Below, one piece after another: positions 1 to 9,673 of a DNA stretch of 64,000 nucleotides. Below the pieces are notes generated by a model. The model searched no databases. It was given only the letters and a program-made list of their open reading frames with translations, and was not told the DNA's origin. The translations under genes and the position numbers were made by a program. The stretch's first letter is position 1. Each line of letters starts with the position of its first letter. This DNA is from Gemmatimonadota bacterium (GTDB lineage: Bacteria > Gemmatimonadota > Gemmatimonadetes > Palauibacterales > KS3-K002): NCBI GenBank assembly GCA_039586795.1, contig JBDHJS010000005.1, forward strand, positions 32,001 to 96,000, in the 5' to 3' direction.

Positions 1-35
1 CTCGCCGCCACGCTGCCTGGCTAGACGCTATCGAT

Positions 36-443
36 TCAGTTGGCCGTGACTCGCAAGGTCACCTTGTACTCGAGGGCCGAGCGTGGCAGGCTCGGTGGAT
101 CCACATCGATCAGATCTAATTCGTACGGATCCAGTGCGATGCCAGGCGGGCAAATGTCAGGATTCGTGCAGACCTGGAACAACTCCGCCGCATCGCTCGA
201 CCGCTCGATATCGAGGACGATCGTAGCGTTCCCGAGCCACACGCAATACGACTGCGGTGGACAGCGCGAGTCATCCAACACGTGGGCGAACGTGATTAGA
301 AGACCCGTGGATACCACCGCCGCCTGCTCGCCCAGCGCGATGGTGAAGGCCTGATCTAGCTCTACCTGACGATCGGGTCCGGTCGCATCCTCGTCTCCGC
401 AGGCCACGACGGCCGCGAACAGAATCGGAGCCAGCCACCTCAT
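36..443 (-). CDS. Putative lipoprotein, hypothetical (paired-Cys beta domain)
   Basis: GGAGG RBS upstream of ATG at 443; lipobox-like VVAC after a hydrophobic stretch; DSRCP..CVW.G motif. Confidence 0.75.
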   Translation of the reverse strand: MRWLAPILFAAVVACGDEDATGPDRQVELDQAFTIALGEQAAVVSTGLLITFAHVLDDSRCPPQSYCVWLGNATIVLDIERSSDAAELFQVCTNPDICPPGIALDPYELDLIDVDPPSLPRSALEYKVTLRVTAN

Positions 444-552
444 GGTGAGCCTCCTACAACGCTTACAGGATCGGCGCCTCTGAGGATGAGACCGCACAGG
501 CGACATGATCGTTAAATGATCGGCCACCTGATAAGTTACATGACAGCTTGGC

Positions 553-580
553 TTGCCTTTACAGCGCTTTCCTCTATATT
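553..580 (+). promoter_or_regulatory. Candidate sigma70 promoter of the metal regulator/feo operon
   Basis: TTGCCT (553-558), 16 bp, TATATT (575-580) in an AT-rich patch. Confidence 0.5.
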
Positions 581-617
581 TAGTGTCATCTAAATTGTAA
601 ATTCGACTAGACTAAAA
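578..617. promoter_or_regulatory. Two tandem DtxR/MntR-type operator boxes
   Basis: ATTTAG-N6-CTAAAT palindrome (578-595) and degenerate copy AATTCG-N6-CTAAAA (600-617), 22 bp period, between the -10 and the ATG. Confidence 0.65.
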
Positions 618-1643
618 ATGGAAAACCAGTACCTGCTTTTTCTCGCCCTGCTCGCCGCTCTCGCCGCCGCCTTCTTCTGGCCCGGCTACGGCATCCTCGC
701 CCGTTGGCGCCAGGCCCGCCAGCTCGCCGACCGGGCTCTGGTCGAGGACGCCCTCAAGCACATCCACGCTCGGCAGGAACGAGGCACGCTGGCCACCGCC
801 GAGTCGCTGGCCGGCAAGCTCAATGTCTCCATCCGGCAGGCGCTGGACCTGATCGAGACGATGGAGGAAGGCGCGTTGGTCGACTCCACCGGCTCCGGTC
901 TGGTGTTGACCCCGGCGGGCCGCGAGACGGCGCTGCGCGTCATCCGGGCTCACCGGCTGCTGGAGCGCTACCTGGCGGACGAGCTGCGAATCCCCCTGGA
1001 GGAGATCCACGCCGCCGCCGATCGCAAAGAGCATACGGTCACGGCGGATGAATTGGACGAGCTGGAAGCCCGGCTGGGCTATCCGCAGACCGATCCACAC
1101 GGCGATCCGATCCCGACCAGCGCCGGCGCGTTGGAAGAGCTGGAGGGCACAGCGCTCACCGATTGGCCGGTCGGTACACCGGCGCGGATCGTTCACCTGG
1201 AGGATGAGCCGCCGGAGCTGATGGCGCAGATCGTCGCGGCCGGGCTCGTTCCGGGGATGCACGTGGAGGTTCGGCGCCTGGGCCGTGAGCAGTTGGTTTT
1301 GTGGGACGGCGAGAGCGAACGGGTACTGGCGCCGGTGGCGGCGAGCAACGTCTTGGTGGTAGAGCTGCCGCATCCGATTCGGCCGCCGGTCAAACTCACG
1401 TCGCTCAAGCCCGGCGAGTCCGGTCGCGTGATCGCGCTCCGTTCGGAGGGTTTCGAGCGACGACGCTTACTCGACCTGGGGCTCACGCCCGGCACCGTGA
1501 TCGAGTGCGAGTATCCCAGCCCGATGGGCGAACCGACTGCTTATCGCGTACGCGGCGCGCTCATCGCATTGCGTCCCGAGCAGGGTAACCAGATCGAGAT
1601 CGAGCCGCTCCGCGCGGCCGGAATCGGTAACGGCACGTCATGA
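618..1643 (+). CDS. DtxR/MntR-family metal-dependent repressor with N-terminal TM helix and two C-terminal FeoA domains
   Basis: w[11 protein letters not shown] and HAAADRKEH metal-site motifs, DPHGDPIP linker, FeoA motifs ([30 protein letters not shown]). Confidence 0.9.
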   Translation: MENQYLLFLALLAALAAAFFWPGYGILARWRQARQLADRALVEDALKHIHARQERGTLATAESLAGKLNVSIRQALDLIETMEEGALVDSTGSGLVLTPAGRETALRVIRAHRLLERYLADELRIPLEEIHAAADRKEHTVTADELDELEARLGYPQTDPHGDPIPTSAGALEELEGTALTDWPVGTPARIVHLEDEPPELMAQIVAAGLVPGMHVEVRRLGREQLVLWDGESERVLAPVAASNVLVVELPHPIRPPVKLTSLKPGESGRVIALRSEGFERRRLLDLGLTPGTVIECEYPSPMGEPTAYRVRGALIALRPEQGNQIEIEPLRAAGIGNGTS

Positions 1644-2446
1644 CGACCAAGCGACCGCAATCGATTAGGCGGCGATCGCTGCCGATCGCCGAGCCGGGCC
1701 TACCCGACGTCGGGCTGCGTCAGCTGGGGATCGATACCGAGGACTTCGACTACGTCGTCTGCCTGGCTGGCAACCCGAACACGGGTAAGAGCACGGTCTT
1801 CAACGCTCTGACAGGACTCCGCCAGCACGTCGGCAACTGGCCGGGTAAGACCGTCGCCCGTGCCGAGGGCGGCTTCGAGTACAAAGGCGAGAAGTACAAA
1901 CTGGTCGACCTGCCGGGTACCTACTCTCTGCTCAGCGCTTCCACGGACGAGGAGATCGCCCGCAACTTCATCCTATTCGGCCAACCCGACTGCACGATCG
2001 TCGTGGTGGACGCTACGGTTCTCGAGCGCAATCTGAACCTCGTGTTGCAGATCCTGGCGATCACCGACCGAGCGGTTCTTTGTCTCAATCTGATGGACGA
2101 AGCGCGCCGCAAAGGCATCAAGGTCAATCACAAACGTCTGGCGAAAGAGCTCGGTATCCCTGTCGTACCGACGGTCGCCCGCACGTCGCACGGAATGCCG
2201 GAGCTGATCGAGGTGGTCGCCGGCGTGGCAAGCGGCACCATCGAGACGGAGCCGCACCGCATACGCGCCAGCGGTTCGGCGGCGGCGTCCGTCGACGAAC
2301 TAGCGGCGCAGATCGGCGATGCGTATCCCGGACTGCCCAACGCGCGCTGGGTAGCGCTGCGGCTGCTGGAGGGTGACCGGCGCGTCGAGGACGCGATCAG
2401 GGGCGGCGAGCTTATGGAGCTGGCCGCAGCGGCGGAGGGCGCATGA
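1640..2446 (+). CDS. feoB: FeoB N-terminal GTPase domain (split FeoB, part 1)
   Basis: G1 GNPNTGKS, G2 [10 protein letters not shown]3 DLPGTYSL, G4 NLMD; ATGA overlap with the regulator. Confidence 0.92.
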   Translation: MTTKRPQSIRRRSLPIAEPGLPDVGLRQLGIDTEDFDYVVCLAGNPNTGKSTVFNALTGLRQHVGNWPGKTVARAEGGFEYKGEKYKLVDLPGTYSLLSASTDEEIARNFILFGQPDCTIVVVDATVLERNLNLVLQILAITDRAVLCLNLMDEARRKGIKVNHKRLAKELGIPVVPTVARTSHGMPELIEVVAGVASGTIETEPHRIRASGSAAASVDELAAQIGDAYPGLPNARWVALRLLEGDRRVEDAIRGGELMELAAAAEGA

Positions 2447-3840
2447 GCACGACGACGGCGCCTCCCCGAGCCGAACGCATACTCGAGAACGCGGAGCGAC
2501 TGCGACGCGGACTCGATGTCTCGTTCCGCGACCAAGTGGTGGAATCGATCTATTCGGAAGCCCACGCGATCGCCAACAACGTCGTACGCCACGGCAAGCC
2601 CGGCGGCCCGACCTGGGACAAGCGCATCGACCGCATCGTCACCTCGCGGATCCTCGGTATACCGATCATGCTGGGGATGCTGGCGGCCATTTTCTGGATC
2701 ACGATCATCGGCGCCAATTACCCGTCGCAAGCGATCGCCTTCTTGCTGTTCCAGGTCGAAGACTTCGCCGCGAATCTCTTCACATCGATCGGCGCGCCCT
2801 GGTGGCTCACCGGCTTCCTCTGGCACGGCGTGTGGCGCGGGCTCGCCTGGGTGATCGCGGTGATGCTACCGCCGATGGCGATCTTCTTCCCCATGTTCAC
2901 CATCCTGGAAAACCTGGGCTACCTGCCGCGAGTCGCCTTTAATATGGACTGGCTGTTCAAGCGGGTCGGCGCTCACGGCAAGCAGGCGCTGACGATGAGC
3001 ATGGGATTCGGCTGCAACGCCGCCGGCGTCATCGCCTGCCGGGTCATCGACTCGCCCCGGGAACGCCTGATCGCGATCCTCACCAATAACTTCGTCCCGT
3101 GCAACGGCCGCTTCCCGACGCTGATCATGCTGGCCATCATCTTCGTCGCCGCCTCGGCGCCGCCGGCGCTGGCGTCGTTCGCGGCGGCGGGCGCCGTGGT
3201 CGGCGTCGTTCTGATCGGCATCGTCTTCACGCTGATCGTCTCGTGGATGCTGTCGCGCACGGTGCTCAAGGGCCAGGCGAGCGGCTTCACGCTGGAGCTG
3301 CCACCGTATCGGCGCCCCAACATCGGCCAGATCCTCTACACCTCGATCATCGACCGCACGCTCTTCGTGCTGTGGCGCGCGATAATCATGGCGGCGCCGG
3401 CTGGCGGCGCGATCTGGCTGCTGAGCAACATCTCGGTGGGCGGCGACTCGCTGACGAACTGGATCTCCGGCTCCCTCGACCCGTTGGGCCTGGCGATCGG
3501 CCTCGATGGCGTGATCCTACTGGCCTACATCATCGCGATCCCGGCAAACGAAATCGTTGTGCCGACGATCATCATGGCCTACATGGGCGCCGGCCGCATG
3601 CTGGAGCTGGACACACTGGGTGAACTTCAGGAACTGCTGATCGGCCAGGAGGGATGGACGCTGCTGACTGCGGTGTGCCTGATGCTGTTTTCCCTGCTCC
3701 ACAATCCGTGCTCGACCACGATCTGGACGATGTACAAGGAGACCGGATCAAAGAAGTGGACGACGCTCGGCGCGTTGATGCCCCTGGCAATCGCCTTTGC
3801 AGTGTGTTTCGTGGTAGCGCAAACCGCTCGCCTCTTCTAG
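2443..3840 (+). CDS. feoB: FeoB membrane domain (split FeoB, part 2; Gate domains)
   Basis: [37 protein letters not shown] motifs; own RBS (GGAGGG) and ATGA overlap. Confidence 0.92.
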   Translation: MSTTTAPPRAERILENAERLRRGLDVSFRDQVVESIYSEAHAIANNVVRHGKPGGPTWDKRIDRIVTSRILGIPIMLGMLAAIFWITIIGANYPSQAIAFLLFQVEDFAANLFTSIGAPWWLTGFLWHGVWRGLAWVIAVMLPPMAIFFPMFTILENLGYLPRVAFNMDWLFKRVGAHGKQALTMSMGFGCNAAGVIACRVIDSPRERLIAILTNNFVPCNGRFPTLIMLAIIFVAASAPPALASFAAAGAVVGVVLIGIVFTLIVSWMLSRTVLKGQASGFTLELPPYRRPNIGQILYTSIIDRTLFVLWRAIIMAAPAGGAIWLLSNISVGGDSLTNWISGSLDPLGLAIGLDGVILLAYIIAIPANEIVVPTIIMAYMGAGRMLELDTLGELQELLIGQEGWTLLTAVCLMLFSLLHNPCSTTIWTMYKETGSKKWTTLGALMPLAIAFAVCFVVAQTARLF

Positions 3841-3848
3841 CGACCCAG

Positions 3849-3887
3849 CGTCCGGCGTTCGACTCTCGTGACGTCGAACGCCGGACG
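3849..3887. terminator. Inverted repeat between convergent genes, probable bidirectional terminator
   Basis: Perfect 15-bp arms CGTCCGGCGTTCGAC / GTCGAACGCCGGACG, 9-nt loop; no U-tract. Confidence 0.55.
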
Positions 3888-3897
3888 TCGGCTGTCG

Positions 3898-4602
3898 TCA
3901 ATTCCGAACGAGTTCCGGTTTGACCGTCAGAATCACCGCCGAGCGATCCGATTCCGGCTGCGCCGAGCCCAGCACCAACAGCTGGCCGATACGCGCATTG
4001 ACGGCGGTCGCGAAGATCTGGCCGTGGCGACTTGATTCCAAACTCACGTGCAGCTTCACGGTACCGCCCTGGTCCGTAGCGTTGACGTCGCCGATACCCG
4101 CTTCAATGTGATAGCGCTCGGAGTCGGTAGCGACACCTTGCGCGACTCCGCTGTGCTCGATCCCGGTCATGATCGCCTCGCCGGCGATTCGATAGTTCCT
4201 GAAACGGAACACGTCCTCGGGTAACGCTGCCTTCACTTCATCCAACCGCGGATCATCGGATGGCGCGCCTCCGTTCGCCTCCACCAGCCTGAACTGAAGC
4301 TTCACGCTCGGCTCCGGCAGGTCGTACTTCTGCAGCACATCCCCGATCCTCGAGAGCATCTCCGGAGTCTCACGGACCGTGATCGTGCGCGTTTGATCGT
4401 CGATGCTCGTCGTGCCGCCGCGATCGGCGAAAACGTACGGTTCGATGACGCGCCAAGCCGCTTCGGGCTCCATATACTCGAGTTGATACGTCTGGACTTC
4501 CAGGTGGCCAAACTCATCGCTGGTCGAGAACATCCGCGCCACCAGCCATCCACCAGCCAGCACCACAAGGGCCAGCACGATCATCAAAGGTTTGGACTGC
4601 AT
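3898..4602 (-). CDS. Membrane-anchored protein with secretin N-domain (NolW-like) fold and short beta-rich C-terminus
   Basis: N-terminal TM; TYQLEYM.PE.A, DDQTRTITVRETPE.L..I..VL.KYD.P typical of secretin N domains. Confidence 0.65.
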   Translation of the reverse strand: MQSKPLMIVLALVVLAGGWLVARMFSTSDEFGHLEVQTYQLEYMEPEAAWRVIEPYVFADRGGTTSIDDQTRTITVRETPEMLSRIGDVLQKYDLPEPSVKLQFRLVEANGGAPSDDPRLDEVKAALPEDVFRFRNYRIAGEAIMTGIEHSGVAQGVATDSERYHIEAGIGDVNATDQGGTVKLHVSLESSRHGQIFATAVNARIGQLLVLGSAQPESDRSAVILTVKPELVRN

Positions 4603-4617
4603 CGTTATCGCCTCCCT

Positions 4618-5073
4618 CTAGTAGAACCAAAGCACTTTCGCAGACTCATCTTGCGTTTCGAATACCATCACCTTCTGGTCCGTCGACACCTCGACGAACG
4701 GCTCGATCGTCGGCGGCGCCAGCACGATCTCGCTTTCTATCATCCGGCTACCGGTCACCGATTGCAGGATCATGATGCCCGAGACGACCGCCGCCGCGGC
4801 CACCGGCCCCCACTGACCGAGCCAACTCCACGACCGCGGCGTTGAGCGTCGCGACCGCATCGCGCTCAACGCCTGGTCAACATCCGTTGCCGGACGCAGT
4901 TCGGTGAGCGCCGTCGCCAGCTGCTCCTGACCCGCCAGCAGCGTCGCTCCCACCGCCTGGCAACGGGCGCAGTCGCGCACGTGAACCGCCAACTCCGTAT
5001 CGCCGTGGCCGGCGAGTTCGGTTGGATCGGCTTCCAACAGCCGCGGGTACGCCGTGTCGCAGTTAATGGCCAT
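4618..5073 (-). CDS. Zinc-binding anti-sigma factor (ZAS), single TM
   Basis: HVRDCARC (HxxxCxxC), TM segment, overlaps the ECF sigma stop. Confidence 0.85.
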   Translation of the reverse strand: MAINCDTAYPRLLEADPTELAGHGDTELAVHVRDCARCQAVGATLLAGQEQLATALTELRPATDVDQALSAMRSRRSTPRSWSWLGQWGPVAAAAVVSGIMILQSVTGSRMIESEIVLAPPTIEPFVEVSTDQKVMVFETQDESAKVLWFY

Positions 5074-5656
5074 AGTCTTCTACCAGTTGTGGATGACTCT
5101 CGAGTATCCTCTTGCGGATCGTCTTCCGCGCCCGGAAAAGGTGCGAGCGCACCGTCACCGGCTCCATTCCCAGCATCGCGCTCACCTCGACGGCGCCGAA
5201 TCCCTGCAGGTCGCAAAGATCGAAGATCTCGCGCTGCCGCTCGGACAGCTCCTGCAAGAACGTCTTCACCAGTCCCGCCGCCTGTCGTTCATCCGTCGTC
5301 TCCACTTCGCGGGGATCCTCCGCTACCGGGCCCGCAAGCCGCACCGCCTTGTCCGCCAACCGCTGCCGCCGGCTCCGTTTCCGGTGCAGATCGCCGGCGG
5401 CGCTCCGGGTCACCTGGTACAGCCAGGTGGTGAACTGCGAGCGGCCATCGAAACCGGGCAGGTGCCTGTGCAGCCTCACCAGCGCCTCCTGGACCACATC
5501 GTCGGCGTCGTCCGCGTCGCCGGTCCGGGCCAGCGCCCAGCGGTGGATCCGGTCGTAGTACCGCCGGACCAGCCGCTCGAACGCCGCTTCGTCGCCGGTT
5601 TGAGCCCCTCGGACCAGGGCCGGCACACCTTCATCTATCCTCGTCGGCTCGCTCAA
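5063..5656 (-). CDS. ECF RNA polymerase sigma factor
   Basis: GDEAAFERLV, DADDVVQE, F.TWLYQV region 2; LSERQREIF..G..EVS.MLG...TVRS.L.RAR region 4. Confidence 0.95.
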   Translation of the reverse strand: MSEPTRIDEGVPALVRGAQTGDEAAFERLVRRYYDRIHRWALARTGDADDADDVVQEALVRLHRHLPGFDGRSQFTTWLYQVTRSAAGDLHRKRSRRQRLADKAVRLAGPVAEDPREVETTDERQAAGLVKTFLQELSERQREIFDLCDLQGFGAVEVSAMLGMEPVTVRSHLFRARKTIRKRILESHPQLVEDYGH

Positions 5657-5688
5657 CAGATCTCCCGGTCGCCCAATCTCGACCCTGT

Positions 5689-5715
5689 GACGTCATCAGC
5701 CGGGTCGGCGTTTAC
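5689..5715 (-). promoter_or_regulatory. Candidate ECF-type autoregulatory promoter
   Basis: Minus strand GTAAAC-N17-CGTC just upstream of the sigma start; resembles AAC/CGT ECF promoters. Confidence 0.45.
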
Positions 5716-5868
5716 GCAGGGAAGCTGAGGTAAGGCAGTACTGGAAAGATGGGGCGCTAGCGCTGTGCAACACTAGCGGCGGTATCGTGCATCTAGTACG
5801 TAGAGCCTGCGATCAGCCCCGATCGTCTCCAGCGCCCGCCAGACCGGGCACCGGGAGGCTCATCGATC

Positions 5869-7083
5869 ATGCGATCTTTAGCCCTTCTATCAGCGCCGTT
5901 GATCCTTGTTACGGTGCTAAACGGCTGCGGAGGAGCGGAAGGCTCTGCCGGGCCCGTCGTACGGGACAGCGCCGGCGTCACCATCGTCGAGAACTCCGGC
6001 AGCCGGTGGCCGGAGGGTGTGGGCTGGCGGCTCTCGGAGCAGCCGATCCTCGACATCGGCGTAGTCGAGGGCGATCCTGAGTACCAGCTCTATGACGTGG
6101 TTGGCGCAATCGAGCTGGACGATGAACGACTCGTGGTCGCAAACAGCGGCACGGCCGAGCTGCGGTTCTTCGACGCGGATGGCCGGTTCCTTTCGGCTTC
6201 CGGTCGAAAAGGCGGCGGCCCGGGAGAGTTCGAGGACTTGACGTGGATCAGGCGTGCGGCAGGCGATTCGCTCCTCGCCTACGACTGGCGCAGCCGCCAT
6301 GTATCGGTCTTTGACGACCGGGGCAACTTCGTCCGTTCGTTTGGATTACGGGTTCTCGATCAGCGAGGCGGATTCCCGGTCTACGCCGGCGTATTTTCCG
6401 ACGGCACGATGCTGCTGGCCACCGATATGTCGTTCGCCCGCGACCAGATCATCGAAGGCGCCACACGCGACAGCGCCATGTACTATCGCTGCGGCAGCGA
6501 CGGCTCGGTGATCGACACCATCGGCGTATTTCCCGGCGGTGAGGCCTACCGGAAGCAAGTAAGCGATGGCTGGATGGTCAGCGGGGTGGTGTTCGGAAAG
6601 TTCGGACAAGCCGCCGTACTCGAAGACGGCTTCTATTTCGGCAGTTCCGAACGATATGAGATCGGTCACTACGACATGAGCGGAACTCTCCTTCGTGTGA
6701 TCCGACTCGATCAGGCGAATCTTCCAGTGACCCAGAACGACATCGACACTTTCGTCTCCAACCGCATGGCGGATGCCCAGGACGAGGGCCGTCGCCAGAT
6801 GCTTCAGACGCTGTACGAGGACATGCCGTTCCCAGACGACATGCCGGCGTACGGACGGCTCATCGTGGATGCCGAGAGTAATCTGTGGGTCTCCGAAACC
6901 CTCCGGCCCGGAGACGAGCAGCCGCGCTGGAAGATCTTCGATGCGAACGGCGCGTTTCTCGGCACGATCCAGACGCCACCGAGATTCAGAATCTACCAGA
7001 TCGGATCCGATAGCGTGCTGGGCAGGTGGCGCGATGAATTCGATGTCGAGCACATTCGGGTATACGAGCTACTGAAGAGCTGA
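5869..7083 (+). CDS. 6-bladed beta-propeller lipoprotein (paralogue 1)
   Basis: Lipobox LNGC; VRDSAGV.I.EN; GRKGGGPGEF; YQIGSD.VLGRW. Confidence 0.85.
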   Translation: MRSLALLSAPLILVTVLNGCGGAEGSAGPVVRDSAGVTIVENSGSRWPEGVGWRLSEQPILDIGVVEGDPEYQLYDVVGAIELDDERLVVANSGTAELRFFDADGRFLSASGRKGGGPGEFEDLTWIRRAAGDSLLAYDWRSRHVSVFDDRGNFVRSFGLRVLDQRGGFPVYAGVFSDGTMLLATDMSFARDQIIEGATRDSAMYYRCGSDGSVIDTIGVFPGGEAYRKQVSDGWMVSGVVFGKFGQAAVLEDGFYFGSSERYEIGHYDMSGTLLRVIRLDQANLPVTQNDIDTFVSNRMADAQDEGRRQMLQTLYEDMPFPDDMPAYGRLIVDAESNLWVSETLRPGDEQPRWKIFDANGAFLGTIQTPPRFRIYQIGSDSVLGRWRDEFDVEHIRVYELLKS

Positions 7084-7185
7084 GTTGCACGGCGGAAACA
7101 ACTAATCAGCCGCACCATGCGTCTATAGCTTGAGCCCCCAAGACGCGTGCGATAGTCCTGGCCGTCATACCACAGGTCGATATAC

Positions 7186-8406
7186 ATGAGGCGCCCTGCA
7201 GTTGCTTCCGTCACGGTTCTCTCGCTCGCCTCCCTGTCCTTCATCGCTTGCGAGCCGGCCAATTCACGAAGCGCCGAGCCCGTCGTCAGAGACAGCGCCG
7301 GCGTGCGCATCATCGAAAACGACGCATCGCGCTGGGCGGAGGGAGAAGGGTGGCGGCTATCGGAGCGGCCGCTGCTCGATATCGGCGCCGACAGCGACGA
7401 AGCCGCCTACCAGCTCTTCCGGGTCACGGGCGCCCTCAAGCTCGACGACGGGGCTATCGTCATCGCCAACTCGGGCACCGGCGAGCTGAGATACTTCGAC
7501 GCCGATGGCGTCTATCTTAGATCGAGCGGTCGTCAGGGCAGCGGTCCGGGGGAGTTCCAGTCGATAAGCACGATCGGTACGCTGGTGGATGGTTCAGTGG
7601 TCGCCTACGACGGGCGCCAGAAACGAATTTCCATCTTCGCACCCGACGGCGTGTTCGTCAGCTCTTCACGTATCGAGACATCCGACCATCCCGGGTTTCA
7701 CACGGCGGCGGCATTCCTGGACGACAATACACTGCTGGTGAGCGCCGAGGGCCTGTTGACGCGTGGTGAGCTGGCCAGCAGGGTGAGGCGCGACACGACG
7801 TATTACATCCGCTGCGAGACGACCGGCGCCGTGCTCGACACGATCGCCGCGCTGCCGGGCCGCGAGATGTACATCATGATGGAAGGCGAGCACGTGGACA
7901 TGGCGCAGCTGGCGTTCGGTCGCGAACCCCACTTCGCCGCTTACCTTGCCGGCGCCTACTTCGCCAACAGCGACGCCTTCGAGATCCGCTATCTCGATTC
8001 GGACGGTGAGCTCGCTCGTATCATCAGGATGCGAACGCCGACCCGCGAGGTCAGCGACGACGACATCGAGCTGTTCCTATCCCGGCAACTGGGCGACATG
8101 CCCGAGGGACCCGACCGCCAGTTCATGGAAAACTTCTACAGCGGGATGCCGTTCCCCGAGACGATGCCGGCACACGGGAATCTGATCGTGGATTCCGACG
8201 GCAATCTGTGGGTCAAGGAGTATCATTGGCCGCTCGACGAGCCCGCACGCTGGAGGATCTTCGATAGCGCGGGCGCGTTGCTGGGTGTCGTCGAGACGCC
8301 GCCCGGACTAGAGATCTACCAGATAGGTTCCGATTTCGTATTGGGCCGCTGGCGCGATGAGATGGACATCGAGCACATTCAGATGTTCGGACTGACAAGG
8401 AGTTGA
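7186..8406 (+). CDS. 6-bladed beta-propeller lipoprotein (paralogue 2)
   Basis: Lipobox FIAC; same motifs (GRQGSGPGEF). Confidence 0.85.
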   Translation: MRRPAVASVTVLSLASLSFIACEPANSRSAEPVVRDSAGVRIIENDASRWAEGEGWRLSERPLLDIGADSDEAAYQLFRVTGALKLDDGAIVIANSGTGELRYFDADGVYLRSSGRQGSGPGEFQSISTIGTLVDGSVVAYDGRQKRISIFAPDGVFVSSSRIETSDHPGFHTAAAFLDDNTLLVSAEGLLTRGELASRVRRDTTYYIRCETTGAVLDTIAALPGREMYIMMEGEHVDMAQLAFGREPHFAAYLAGAYFANSDAFEIRYLDSDGELARIIRMRTPTREVSDDDIELFLSRQLGDMPEGPDRQFMENFYSGMPFPETMPAHGNLIVDSDGNLWVKEYHWPLDEPARWRIFDSAGALLGVVETPPGLEIYQIGSDFVLGRWRDEMDIEHIQMFGLTRS

Positions 8407-8415
8407 GCGGCCGAC

Positions 8416-9633
8416 ATGTCATATAGTAGAACTGCAGTCGCAGTAGCTGTTCTCGCATTTGTAGCCGCCGGCTGCGACTCGGGCGCGCCGGGCTCGACGG
8501 GCCCAGCGGTCCGTGACAGCGCCGGCGTGCGGATCATCGAGAACGCTGACTACCGCTGGCCCGAGGGAGAGGGCTGGCGCTTCTCCGAGGCGCCCACGGT
8601 CGACATCGGCGCATCGCAGAGCGAGACCGAACAGCTGTTCAACGTCGTCGACGCACTCAAGCTTGATGATGGCCGCATCGTTGTCGCGAACTCGGGCAGC
8701 GGAGAGCTGCGCTTCTACGATGCCGCAGGCGCCTTCTTGAACACCAGCGGTCGCAAAGGCGACGGCCCAGGAGAATTCGGCGAGCTTCTCTGGATGCGAA
8801 CACATGGCGACTCGCTGCTCGCCTTCGACTGGGATGGCGCAAAGCTCTCGGTCTTCGGCCTCGACGGAACGTTCGCCCGTTCAGTGGCTATGCGACCGTT
8901 GATCCAGACCGGCGGAGCGCCGTCTTACCTGAGCCCGTTCGCCGATGGCACGTTGCTGGCCGTCGCCTCGCTGTACCGAAGCGAGTCGGGCGGACTGGAA
9001 GCGGGTATGCGACGCAACACCGCGCTTCATCTACGGTGCGACATGGACGGAGGGTTGATCGACACCGTCGGCGCGTTGCCCGGTGATGAGTGGTATCTGA
9101 GAAGCGAAGGCGGCGGAGTGGTCGGTGGCGTCCGCGCTTTGGGGCTAGAGGGTCATACGACCGCGCACTCTGACGGGTTCTTCTACGGCGACAGCGAGTC
9201 CTACGAGATCGGCGACTACGACCGGGATGGCACGCTGACGCGGTTGATTCGGCTCGACCGACCGAACCGCCCGGTGACGGATCGGGATATCGAGCTGTAC
9301 GAAGAGGATCAGGTAGAGGAGTGGGGCGGCGACCCGGTGGCCAGGCAAGCCATCCAGCGGATGCTGATCGACATGCCGTTCCCCGAGACCTTGCCGGCCT
9401 ACGGCGAATTTCGCGTCGACGAAGAGGGGAATCTCTGGGTCTCCGACTATCGCCGACCCGGCGAGAAGGCCACACGCTGGACCGTGTTCGACCCGAGCGG
9501 CGCGGCGCTGGGCGTCGTCGAGATGCCGCCCCGGTTCACGCCCTACCAGATTGGATCGGACTTCGTTCTGGGCCGGTGGCAAGACGAACTCGATGTGGAG
9601 CACGTGAGAGTCTACGGACTACTGAAAGGTTAG
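8416..9633 (+). CDS. 6-bladed beta-propeller lipoprotein (paralogue 3)
   Basis: Lipobox AAGC; same motifs (GRKGDGPGEF). Confidence 0.85.
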   Translation: MSYSRTAVAVAVLAFVAAGCDSGAPGSTGPAVRDSAGVRIIENADYRWPEGEGWRFSEAPTVDIGASQSETEQLFNVVDALKLDDGRIVVANSGSGELRFYDAAGAFLNTSGRKGDGPGEFGELLWMRTHGDSLLAFDWDGAKLSVFGLDGTFARSVAMRPLIQTGGAPSYLSPFADGTLLAVASLYRSESGGLEAGMRRNTALHLRCDMDGGLIDTVGALPGDEWYLRSEGGGVVGGVRALGLEGHTTAHSDGFFYGDSESYEIGDYDRDGTLTRLIRLDRPNRPVTDRDIELYEEDQVEEWGGDPVARQAIQRMLIDMPFPETLPAYGEFRVDEEGNLWVSDYRRPGEKATRWTVFDPSGAALGVVEMPPRFTPYQIGSDFVLGRWQDELDVEHVRVYGLLKG

Positions 9634-9640
9634 ACCGCGG

Positions 9641-9668
9641 GACCCCGGCACGTTCACGTGCCGGGGTC
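9641..9668. terminator. GC-rich hairpin between convergent genes
   Basis: GACCCCGGCACGT-TC-ACGTGCCGGGGTC. Confidence 0.6.
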
Positions 9669-9673
9669 AGTTC

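Noticed and set aside
2430..2450. feoB frameshift pseudogene
   Set aside because: Second ORF has its own RBS and ATGA coupling, and both halves keep their motifs
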